Positions 39,988 to 48,066 of a stretch of 64,000 bases of DNA are shown piece by piece. The DNA is from Candidatus Bipolaricaulota bacterium (GTDB taxonomy: Bacteria > Patescibacteriota > Patescibacteriia > UBA11705 > DATKZF01): assembly GCA_035528115.1 (NCBI GenBank), contig DATKZF010000001.1, positions 92,508 to 156,507 on the forward strand. Reading direction: 5' to 3'. The notes under the pieces are model-generated. The model worked only from the letters and a program-made list of their open reading frames with translations, was not told where the DNA came from and did not search any database. Made by a program: the position numbers and the translations under genes. Positions within the stretch are counted from its first letter, which is position 1, and each line of letters opens with the position of its first letter.

Positions 39988-41192
39988 AAAAATACGATAA
40001 AAATATTTCCACGATTTTGGGCGTAAATATTTCCCTCGATAATAAAAGCGAAATATTATTTAAGATCGGAGAATTTTTAAAATCAAAGACCGGGCATAAA
40101 ATTTATACACCTAATCCGGAAATCTGCTTGCTGGCGAACAGAGATCATAAATTCAAAAAATTGTTGAATTTTGCAGACATCAATATCGCGGATGGCTTCG
40201 GCCTTAAGGTTGGCGCGGCCATTTTGGGTCAAAAAATTCCCAATCGCCTGACCGGCGTGGATTTAACTTGGGATATCTTAAACATAGCCAGTCAAAACGG
40301 TTATCGAGTTATGCTGCTCGGCGGAGCCGGCAAGGTGGCCAAAACAGCGGCGAAAAACATTAAACAGCAACTGCCAAACATCAACATCGTGGGCGCGGGC
40401 GAGGGGATTGAAATAAAATATCAGCGCGGAAGCATTGCTTATGATATCAATAAAAACAATAAAGTCTTGGATTTTATAAATAAGGCTCAAGCAGATATTG
40501 TTTTCGTGGCTTTTGACGCGGCCAAGCAAGTTTATTGGATCGATCAAAATTTATTGAAGCTCAAAACCGTCAAACTGGCCATGGGAGTGGGTGGAACATT
40601 TGACTTTATGGCCGCCAAAGTAAAAAGGTCTCCAAGCTGGCTGAGAAAAATCGGTCTGGAATGGCTTTTCAGATTGCTGAAACAGCCCAAACGAATCAAA
40701 AGAATTCTAAACGCCGTAATTGTTTTTCCACTGATCTGCTTAAAATGGAGAATAGGCTGGCTCTGCAAATATAGACCGAATCTGCTCAACATTATCTACA
40801 ATAAAAACAATGAAATTTTATTGATGCTTAATCCCAGATTCAATTACTGGACATTGCCTCAAGGCGGGGTGGAAAAAAACGAGGATTTGCGCTCAGCGGG
40901 CAAAAGAGAATTGAATGAAGAATTGGGTTTGCCCGAAGATAAAATCGAATTGATAAAAATCCTGCCCGATGAATACAAGTATGACTGGCCCGACTGGGCG
41001 AGATTAAAACAGCCATACAAAGGCCAGAAACAAAAATTCGCGCAATGGAGATTTATGGGCGAGGAAAATGATTTCAAATTCAGGCGCTCGGATGAAGCTC
41101 AGAAAATACAGTGGGTCAAGAAAGAAAATATTTTCAAGGTGCTGGCCAAAGTGAGGCAAGAAACGATTAAAAAAATCTTTGATAAAATTTAA
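39984..41192 (+). CDS. Fusion protein: WecB/TagA/CpsF (GT26) glycosyltransferase plus C-terminal Nudix hydrolase
   Basis: N-terminal GT26-like domain. The C-terminus carries the Nudix box GGVEKNEDLRSAGKRELNEELGL. Confidence 0.7.
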   Translation: MKKYDKNISTILGVNISLDNKSEILFKIGEFLKSKTGHKIYTPNPEICLLANRDHKFKKLLNFADINIADGFGLKVGAAILGQKIPNRLTGVDLTWDILNIASQNGYRVMLLGGAGKVAKTAAKNIKQQLPNINIVGAGEGIEIKYQRGSIAYDINKNNKVLDFINKAQADIVFVAFDAAKQVYWIDQNLLKLKTVKLAMGVGGTFDFMAAKVKRSPSWLRKIGLEWLFRLLKQPKRIKRILNAVIVFPLICLKWRIGWLCKYRPNLLNIIYNKNNEILLMLNPRFNYWTLPQGGVEKNEDLRSAGKRELNEELGLPEDKIELIKILPDEYKYDWPDWARLKQPYKGQKQKFAQWRFMGEENDFKFRRSDEAQKIQWVKKENIFKVLAKVRQETIKKIFDKI

Positions 41193-41197
41193 AATTC

Positions 41198-41331
41198 GTT
41201 ACGAATTACAGTCATCTTTTAGGCTTTCAGGTTATTTGTTACAAATTACAATCTTCTCAGGCATAAAGCTATAAATGAACGTACTTCGCAACAACCGCAT
41301 AGAAGCTAACCGGAAGAATGTAATTTGTAAC
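41198..41331 (+). repeat. MITE-like repeat, 134-bp form (R7)
   Basis: GTTACGAATTACA at the 5' end and AATGTAATTTGTAAC at the 3' end, collinear with R2. It abuts the GC-rich islet. Confidence 0.7.
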
Positions 41332-41348
41332 TTTTTTAAAATACTGAA

Positions 41349-41378
41349 CCCGCGAAGAATGACCTCGCGGGTTTTTGG
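41349..41378. terminator. Bidirectional terminator
   Basis: ACCCGCGA-agaatgacc-TCGCGGGT followed by TTTTT. Confidence 0.5.
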
Positions 41379-41413
41379 GTAGGATTTGGGGGTGGGTGAG
41401 TTACCGGTGGGAA

Positions 41414-42733
41414 CTACTTGCCGCCGTTCACGAGCTTCAGGCGCACGCGGACGGAGCCGGAAGCGACCTCGGAAGCCGCGCGCTGGAGCTTTCGCTCGTT
41501 CGCGCGCTGGAAGCGATTCCACAGCCAGCTCAGCGTGGTGCTGAGAGGCTGAGCCTCCGCCTCAACCTCGATCCTGCTTCCATCGCGGAAGCGAGAATCC
41601 TTGAGGCCGGACTTTCTGGCCAGCGCCACGGCCATGGAGGCCTCGCTCGAGTGGAGGAGAACGACCCGATCCTTGTCCTTGACCTTGAAGGTCATGACGA
41701 GAATCGGGCAGACGTCCATGCCCGCAATGGCGTCCGGGTGAGGGCCGAAACCGGTCGGGAACAAGCCGCTTTCGACGCAGAAGGCAACGATCTCCTTCCA
41801 GTCGAACACCGGCCATTCCACCCGATCGCTCGGGTGTGCGAACCTCTCGGTCTCCGAGTTTTCGAAGACCTCCTTGAGCCGCCGCATGAGCTCGAACGGC
41901 TCGAAGTTCAGCGGGTCGCTCGACTCGAGGCGAGCGACCACCTTCGCCGTCTTCTCCTGACGCTTCTTGTCGCGGCCGGCCATGTGCTTGGCCAGCCGGA
42001 ACAGATCGGCCGCTCCGTCCTCGAGGCGGTCGAAGACCAGATCCTTTCGGACCTGGCAGATCGCCACCGCGTTCAAGCGGCCGAGGATGGCGAATCCGGG
42101 CCGTCCGGTCGCCCGCGACACGAGAGCGAAGTCGCGCTCGCTCTTGTCGAGCGCGAGCGCTTTGGCGCGCTCGGCCAACCTTTCGGGGTTGAGCTTGCCC
42201 TTGCCGACGATGTCGTCGCCGAGAGCCTCGGTCATGGCTTCGGCCGAGAGGAACTTCCCCTCGCCGGAAATAGCCGCCTTGACCTGCTCCTGCCGAGCGG
42301 CCCAGGCCAGAGGGTTGATGAGCGGTACGATCTGCCGCTGATCGATCTTGGCCTGACGGCTAATGCCCAGCCGTCGCGCCTCTTCCTTGTCGCGCGCGGC
42401 CAGCACCGCGGCCGCGCACTTGCGGTGGTAGATGTCGCCCTCGCCCTTGACAACGAAGGCTTCTGACACGGAGATGACACCTGTCATTTCCGCCTTCCGG
42501 CACACTCTGCAGTGCACCTTCAGCTTGTCTAGGGGGAGCGAGACCTTGCGGTCATCAACTCCCGACTTTATTAGGTGGGTGATCTGGTCCGGGCCGGAAA
42601 TGGTCGTCTTGCCTTCCTCGCCGATGAAGGTCACCGGCAGGATCTCGTTGTTCCCGTTCTTGACCGCCACGGTCGTGCCGTGGAATGCGATCACCTGGGC
42701 CACAGTCTTCAATTCCTTAGTCGCCATGATCAT
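41414..42733 (-). CDS. GC-rich 439-aa hypothetical protein (foreign-looking)
   Basis: Marked GC enrichment across 41340-42830 between AT-rich flanks. Composition is protein-like (K/E/A/R-rich), and AAGGAGC precedes an ATGATCATG start. The antisense ORF 41375..42466 looks like a GC-shadow ORF. Confidence 0.55.
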   Translation of the reverse strand: MIMATKELKTVAQVIAFHGTTVAVKNGNNEILPVTFIGEEGKTTISGPDQITHLIKSGVDDRKVSLPLDKLKVHCRVCRKAEMTGVISVSEAFVVKGEGDIYHRKCAAAVLAARDKEEARRLGISRQAKIDQRQIVPLINPLAWAARQEQVKAAISGEGKFLSAEAMTEALGDDIVGKGKLNPERLAERAKALALDKSERDFALVSRATGRPGFAILGRLNAVAICQVRKDLVFDRLEDGAADLFRLAKHMAGRDKKRQEKTAKVVARLESSDPLNFEPFELMRRLKEVFENSETERFAHPSDRVEWPVFDWKEIVAFCVESGLFPTGFGPHPDAIAGMDVCPILVMTFKVKDKDRVVLLHSSEASMAVALARKSGLKDSRFRDGSRIEVEAEAQPLSTTLSWLWNRFQRANERKLQRAASEVASGSVRVRLKLVNGGK

Positions 42734-42989
42734 GCTCCTTGCCCGACCTCGCGGGCTTTTCTGGGTGTTCTCGAATCTGGCCGATCTTGCGATCGGATTA
42801 CTCGCGCTTTAATGCTTGCTTAGCGGAACTTTTTGGCAATATACTAAATAATCGTTCGGCTTTTTCGCCGAATCGAACATTAAATAATATCACATTTTAC
42901 TCAAAAAGTCAATATAGTGCTTATTTTTAAGCTAATTTTAGCGAATTTTAAAAACATTTCATTTAATCAACCGATTTTAACAGCTAAAA

Positions 42990-43018
42990 TTGACAGCGGG
43001 GGATAGCTGGCTTATAAT
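42990..43018 (+). promoter_or_regulatory. Consensus sigma70 promoter TTGACA-N17-TATAAT for gltX
   Basis: ttgacagcgggggatagctggcttataat. Confidence 0.55.
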
Positions 43019-43046
43019 TATAAACAAGTGTTTATAGCTTAAAATT

Positions 43047-44576
43047 ATGGAAAACAAACCCTATTCAAAGGTAAGGGTGCGCATAGCGCCAAGTCCGACA
43101 GGATTCGTGCATATCGGCAATTTACGGACAATTTTATATAATTACCTGTTCGCCAAACATTATGACGGCGATTTTTTGGTTAGAATCGAAGATACGGATC
43201 AATCAAGATACGTGGAAGGCGCGGTGGAAAATTTACTGAATGTTTTGAATTGGACAGATATAGAATACGATGAAGGGCCTTTTTTGACTGAAGGAAAGAT
43301 AGCTCAAAAAGGGGAGAGCGGACCGTATTTTCAATCCGAGCGTTTGGATATTTACAAAGAACATATCGCGCATTTGATTGACAGCGGCAAAGCCTATTAT
43401 TGTTTTTGCGACAAAATCCGTTTGGACAATTTGCGGGAAGAGCAAGCAAAAAATAACCTGCCGCCAAAATACGACAATCATTGCCGTCATTTAAGCAGGG
43501 AGGAAATTGAAAAAAAATTAAACAACAAAGCGCCTCATGTGATCCGTTTCAAAATGCCGGAGGAAAAAGATATTGTAATCAATGATGAAATTCACGGGAC
43601 AATAACGGTCAACACAAAGGATTTGGACGACTATGTTTTAATCAAATCCGACGGTTTCCCGACCTATCATTTCGCCAATGTCATTGACGATCATTTGATG
43701 AAAATAACGCATGTTCTACGCGGAGACGAATGGATCCCCAGCACGCCCAAGCATGTGTTGCTTTATGAAGCTTTCGGTTGGCAGCCTCCGATATTCGCTC
43801 ATTTGCCGCCACTGGTCAATAAACAAAAAAAGAAGTTGAGCAAAAGGGAAGCGTCGGCTTCTGTCCATGATTTTATGGACAAAGGTTATTTGCCCGAAGC
43901 ATTGATTAATTTCATCGCTCTTTTAGGCTGGAATTCCGGGTCGGATCAGGAAATTTTCACCATGCACGAATTAATCAAACAGTTTAATCTGGACAGAGTG
44001 CATAAAAGCGCGGCGGTTTTGGACGTGGACAAATTGGACTGGATGAACGGCTATTACCTGAAACAACTCACGGTTGAAAAATTCATGGCCATGGCTCTGC
44101 CTGTTTTGGAAAAAGCCGAATTGATCGCTTTGACCAAAAAGGAGTACAAGGTTCTCGAAACCAAAGAAAAATTGACATATCCCGTGTTGAAACAAATTAT
44201 AGAATTGGAGAAGAACCGCGTTAAAAAACTTTCGGATTTGCCCGAGGCTTTAAAATATTTCTTTGTGGCGGATATTGATTATGATGTAAAAAGCCTTTTA
44301 TGGAAAAAGAACACCAAGGATTCCACTGAAAAACATTTGAGCGCCTTGCTTAACTTTCTGTCGAAATTGAAAACCGACGACTTTTCCGTAACCCGCTTGG
44401 ATTCGCTGATCAAAAATTTTATTCAGGAAAATAGCTTCGAAAACGGGGATGTTTTGTGGCCGATGAGAGTCGCTCTTTCTGGCAGACAGGCTTCTCCGGG
44501 ACCGTTTGAAATAGCGGCCGCTCTGGGCAAAAAGAAAACCATTGCCAGAATCAAAAAAGCCATTTCCATGCTTTGA
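43047..44576 (+). CDS. gltX: Glutamyl-tRNA synthetase
   Basis: HIGH (PTGFVHIGNLRT) and KLSKR motifs. 509 aa. Confidence 0.95.
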   Translation: MENKPYSKVRVRIAPSPTGFVHIGNLRTILYNYLFAKHYDGDFLVRIEDTDQSRYVEGAVENLLNVLNWTDIEYDEGPFLTEGKIAQKGESGPYFQSERLDIYKEHIAHLIDSGKAYYCFCDKIRLDNLREEQAKNNLPPKYDNHCRHLSREEIEKKLNNKAPHVIRFKMPEEKDIVINDEIHGTITVNTKDLDDYVLIKSDGFPTYHFANVIDDHLMKITHVLRGDEWIPSTPKHVLLYEAFGWQPPIFAHLPPLVNKQKKKLSKREASASVHDFMDKGYLPEALINFIALLGWNSGSDQEIFTMHELIKQFNLDRVHKSAAVLDVDKLDWMNGYYLKQLTVEKFMAMALPVLEKAELIALTKKEYKVLETKEKLTYPVLKQIIELEKNRVKKLSDLPEALKYFFVADIDYDVKSLLWKKNTKDSTEKHLSALLNFLSKLKTDDFSVTRLDSLIKNFIQENSFENGDVLWPMRVALSGRQASPGPFEIAAALGKKKTIARIKKAISML

Positions 44577-44623
44577 GAAATTATGCTATAATATTGTCAG
44601 CGTAATATTCACTCAATTTTGAA

Positions 44624-45898
44624 ATGGAAACAAAAACAAAAGGGTTGATTAAAATTTGCGCGATCGCGGCGATAATCGGTTTATTCGCCAATTTTGGTTT
44701 TGCCAGAGCGGATATAGACAGCGAAATCAATGACATTAATTCCCAAATAAAAGACAAACAAAAAACCCTGGAATCATTGAAAAAACAAGCTGATTCTTAT
44801 CTTGATAATATTAATGCAAAACAAAACGAAACGGTCAGTTTGCAAAATCAATTATCAATACTTGAAAATAAGATCGCCAAGGCGGAAATAGATATTCAAA
44901 CCACGGAAGCCACCATTGAAAAAACCCAGCTTGAAATAAAAGACGTGGCGATTCAAATTTCAAACAGGGAAGCGGATATTCTAAAAAAAGACGACGAACT
45001 CCAAGAATTGGTCAGATTATTGTATAAATCGGATCAACAGGGGACACTGCAAATATTATTGGCCAATGACACCTTGTCCGACTTTTTCGATCAAGTTAAA
45101 CACACCAAATCATTGCAAGGAAACCTGCAGAACTCATTGATTTCCGTCAAATCATACAAAGCTCAATTGGAAAGCAAAAAAGATACTTTGAATAAAAAAA
45201 ATGATGAGTTGGACAAGTTAAGGAAACAAGCTGAGCAGCAAAAAATAGCTTTGCAAGAAGAATTGGATTCCAAAGGATATTTATTGAAAGAAACGAAAAA
45301 TTCCGAAGAAAAGTTTTACAATTTATACTGGCAAACCAAACAGGAACAGCAAAATTCCAGCGCGGAAATTTATTCATTGGAAAAAGAAGCGAGATTAAAA
45401 CTCGAAGAGTTGGAAAACAAAAGAAAAGAAGCCTCCCCATCAAAAACGGAGTCCGGATTTAAGCCTTTGAGCGATTCGACCATAATGTGGCCGATCAAAG
45501 ATATTTCCAGAGGCATTTCTGCCACTTTTCACGACCCGACTTATCCGTTCAGACATTTGTTCGAGCATCCCGGCATCGATGTCAGGGCTTATCAAAGCAC
45601 GGCCATATACGCGGCATCCGATGGTTATGTGATATCAGCCAAGGATAACGGCTATGGCTACAATTATATTTCAATCATGCATGCCAACGGCATTTCCACG
45701 GTTTACGGCCATGTCAGTAAAATTCTGGTCAAACCGGATCAATATGTCATCAAGGGGCAACAAATAGGCCAAACCGGCGGCATGCCCGGCACGCTTGGAG
45801 CGGGCAATCTGTCCACCGGGCCTCATCTTCACTTTGAAGTCAGATTAAACGGTATTCCGGTCAATCCGCTGGATTATCTGCCGGATATGGGATTTTAA
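44624..45898 (+). CDS. M23/LytM-family peptidoglycan metallo-endopeptidase with an N-terminal coiled coil (EnvC-like)
   Basis: Signal peptide, a long coiled coil, then a C-terminal HxxxD...HLHFE M23 domain. Confidence 0.8.
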   Translation: METKTKGLIKICAIAAIIGLFANFGFARADIDSEINDINSQIKDKQKTLESLKKQADSYLDNINAKQNETVSLQNQLSILENKIAKAEIDIQTTEATIEKTQLEIKDVAIQISNREADILKKDDELQELVRLLYKSDQQGTLQILLANDTLSDFFDQVKHTKSLQGNLQNSLISVKSYKAQLESKKDTLNKKNDELDKLRKQAEQQKIALQEELDSKGYLLKETKNSEEKFYNLYWQTKQEQQNSSAEIYSLEKEARLKLEELENKRKEASPSKTESGFKPLSDSTIMWPIKDISRGISATFHDPTYPFRHLFEHPGIDVRAYQSTAIYAASDGYVISAKDNGYGYNYISIMHANGISTVYGHVSKILVKPDQYVIKGQQIGQTGGMPGTLGAGNLSTGPHLHFEVRLNGIPVNPLDYLPDMGF

Positions 45899-45920
45899 TA
45901 AATAGCAAAATAAATAAAAA

Positions 45921-45947
45921 ATCGCCTCAAAAAGGCGTTTTTTCTTT
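45921..45947 (+). terminator. Intrinsic terminator
   Basis: CGCCT-caaaa-AGGCG followed by TTTTTT. Confidence 0.6.
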
Positions 45948-45955
45948 TAAAATGA

Positions 45956-46229
45956 TTCAGCCGTCCACTTGTTAGCAGACGGCTGAAAATGTCGTAGAGT
46001 CCGACCAAGATCTGCCATCACTCGATGGCTTCACTCAGTCGGCGCCGCCGGGTCACTCGGTCAGGTCGCGTCGCGCTGGCCGTCACGATGCCGTCGTCGA
46101 GGCACAGACATTTGGAACCGTATGCCGAAACAGCGACTCACTGGGAACCCTCCATGGCTTTCCTCCTTGCCATGTGAGTTTTAGACACCCTCGCACACCT
46201 TTGTGCAAGAGATCCAAAGAAAAGAACTG
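45956..46229 (-). ncRNA. Candidate structured RNA or leader transcript (unclassified)
   Basis: Bounded by the minus-strand promoter at 46236-46263 and the hairpin TCAGCCGTC...GACGGCTGA (45957-45986). GC-rich with several 6-bp hairpins. No ORF of 60 aa or more. Confidence 0.3.
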
Positions 46230-46235
46230 ACAACA

Positions 46236-46263
46236 TTATAGCAAATATTTATATATTGTCAAT
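46236..46263 (-). promoter_or_regulatory. Consensus sigma70 promoter (TTGACA-N16-TATAAT), near-palindromic and possibly bidirectional
   Basis: Reverse complement reads ttgacaatatataaatatttgctataat. The plus strand reads CTGACA-N17-TATATA. Confidence 0.5.
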
Positions 46264-46338
46264 AGCCAGAAGGCATTATTGATGTTTTTTATCTTATTTT
46301 AGACAAAAAATCAAAATTCATCCATTACATTTAAAATT

Positions 46339-46556
46339 AAAAAACCGTCCGCTCAAGAGCAACGGACGGTCAGGTTGTGGGCGCCACTTGGTGGACGCCG
46401 GTTGCCGGTTTCGGAGCTCTCCCGAGAGACGCTCCAGCCCAACGGACAGGACCAGAACCAGCACATCGAGCTATCTTTCGCTCTTCCAACCTAACGCTAG
46501 TCCATTTTTTTGGCCAACAGCTGAAGCGTTAGGGCGCTTGCGAATTAGCTCGATGG
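46339..46556 (-). ncRNA. Candidate structured RNA of about 215 nt (unclassified)
   Basis: Runs from the minus-strand promoter TTGACG-N17-TATTAT (46561-46590) to the terminator CCGTCCG...CGGACGG plus U-run (46339-46370). Long-range pairing CATCGAGCTA...TAGCTCGATG, and GC-rich hairpins. Confidence 0.35.
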
Positions 46557-46560
46557 CATA

Positions 46561-46590
46561 ATAATATCAAACATCGTAAAACCCGTCAAG
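46561..46590 (-). promoter_or_regulatory. Sigma70-like promoter TTGACG-N17-TATTAT
   Basis: Reverse complement reads ttgacgggttttacgatgtttgatattat. Confidence 0.5.
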
Positions 46591-47229
46591 TATATCAATA
46601 TTTGCATTTCGTGGGTCATAAAACTCAAAAACCATGGGGGATAGCAAAAATTTGTCTATAATTTGAAATGAGCGATATTATTTACAACAAGTTAAGAAGA
46701 AGGAAAACAAGCAGCCGTTGATTTATTATTTATTTAATTGTCTTTGCTTCAAGCTCAGATTTTGAGATTCAGGCGGGGAGAGTAGCGCTCATCGCATTGG
46801 ATTGGAGGATATGAAGCGTCGCACAATATACCTTATGCGACACATTAACCAACTTTCCTTGGGCTATGTGTCGCATAAGGTTCGCATATTTTGCAACGCT
46901 TGCGGTGCAATCTCGCAAAATATGCGTAATAGGCCTTAAAACGCAATTTTGAGCCTCGCTTTTGGTCTATTTTGTGTTAATATTATTGACTTAAACGAAT
47001 CTTCAACAGAAAAAAATTTCAGCTCCTTTAAGACATTTAAAATTTAAAAATCCGGATTTGCCATCCGAACCCTTTTTCCATGATTTATTTTTTATTTTCT
47101 ATTACTTAATACTCGTTACCTATTGCTGGTTTATAAAAACCCATTTCCCCATTATCTTCATCGCTCTCTCCCACTATGCGTCGCAAAACATGATACCAAA
47201 ATTTTAGCAACCGGATTAACTTGAAATAT

Positions 47230-48066
47230 CTATTGATAAAACACTTTCTCCCCGAAACGCAGGTCAATATAGTTCAATCTGTCCAGCTTGTCCGAAAGCC
47301 CCTCTTCCCTAATCAATAGATTCAACCTCTTCAGTTGATCGGTGATGCTCAGCTTTTGGTTGAAGTATATCTCAAACCCTTTTTCGGTCATCACTCGAAG
47401 ATCCGAATTTGAATCGGAAATTTGCTTAAATGTCTTTACCTTGTTGCCTTGGCCTTCCAACTGGTCATTCAATTCAATGATATAGTTTATTTCCTCCGAC
47501 GACAGTACATTGTCTCCCACGCCGACGCTCTTATCCCCTTCAAATCTGATTTGAATAAACTCGGAGCTTCGATCATTGCATTTCTCAACGATATCTCCCT
47601 TAATATCTATATTAAAACAATTTTCCTGCGTGATGTAAGCCAAGGTGGAAACTTTTTCTTGTAAAATTATTGACACATAGGCGGGATGAAAGCTTTTTTG
47701 AATTTCTATCCATTCCAATAAATAAGTTTGAGCTATTTCACTCTGCAGATCATTGATATTGAACAAAAAAACATTATTATGTTTGAATAAAACCCCTCTT
47801 TGCATCTCCTGCTTGACTATGTTATCGAAATCTTCATTTTTAATGTATTTCAACCCAAAAATCTCCACTTGCTCTATTCTAAAATAAGAAGACAGATAAA
47901 AAAAATAAACAAACGCCATGCCTAAAATAATAACCGCGATCAAGGTTATTATCAAATTTTTCTTTTTCAAAACTTTCCCGTCTCTGACCTTTTTCGGATT
48001 TTGATAATTGGACACGACAAAATCCTTTGACAAGTGACTTTTGTTTTGGTCCATTCTCATAATCAT
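47230..48066 (-). CDS. FtsQ/DivIB-like cell-division protein (single TM plus POTRA-like)
   Basis: N-terminal cytoplasmic tail, one TM helix (LIITLIAVIILGMAFVYFFY), and a periplasmic beta-rich domain. Overlaps the alr stop. Confidence 0.5.
   Translation of the reverse strand: MIMRMDQNKSHLSKDFVVSNYQNPKKVRDGKVLKKKNLIITLIAVIILGMAFVYFFYLSSYFRIEQVEIFGLKYIKNEDFDNIVKQEMQRGVLFKHNNVFLFNINDLQSEIAQTYLLEWIEIQKSFHPAYVSIILQEKVSTLAYITQENCFNIDIKGDIVEKCNDRSSEFIQIRFEGDKSVGVGDNVLSSEEINYIIELNDQLEGQGNKVKTFKQISDSNSDLRVMTEKGFEIYFNQKLSITDQLKRLNLLIREEGLSDKLDRLNYIDLRFGEKVFYQ

Noticed and set aside
41375-42466. A 363-aa plus-strand ORF in the GC-rich islet
   Set aside because: Its Arg/Ala/Leu/Gly-rich, low-complexity composition is typical of an antisense shadow ORF in GC-rich DNA. 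The minus-strand 439-aa ORF has an SD and a protein-like composition.
46040-46100. SRP RNA (4.5S) domain IV-like GGTCAGGTC
   Set aside because: Only the first 9 nt match. The conserved GGAAGCAGC/Ffh-binding motif and the closing helix are absent.
45950-46700. tmRNA or RNase P RNA in the ORF-free region
   Set aside because: No tRNA-like 3' end or CCA, no resume codon or tag ORF ending in hydrophobic residues, and no GGAAAGUCCGG / ACAGAAxCCGGCUUA P4 signatures.
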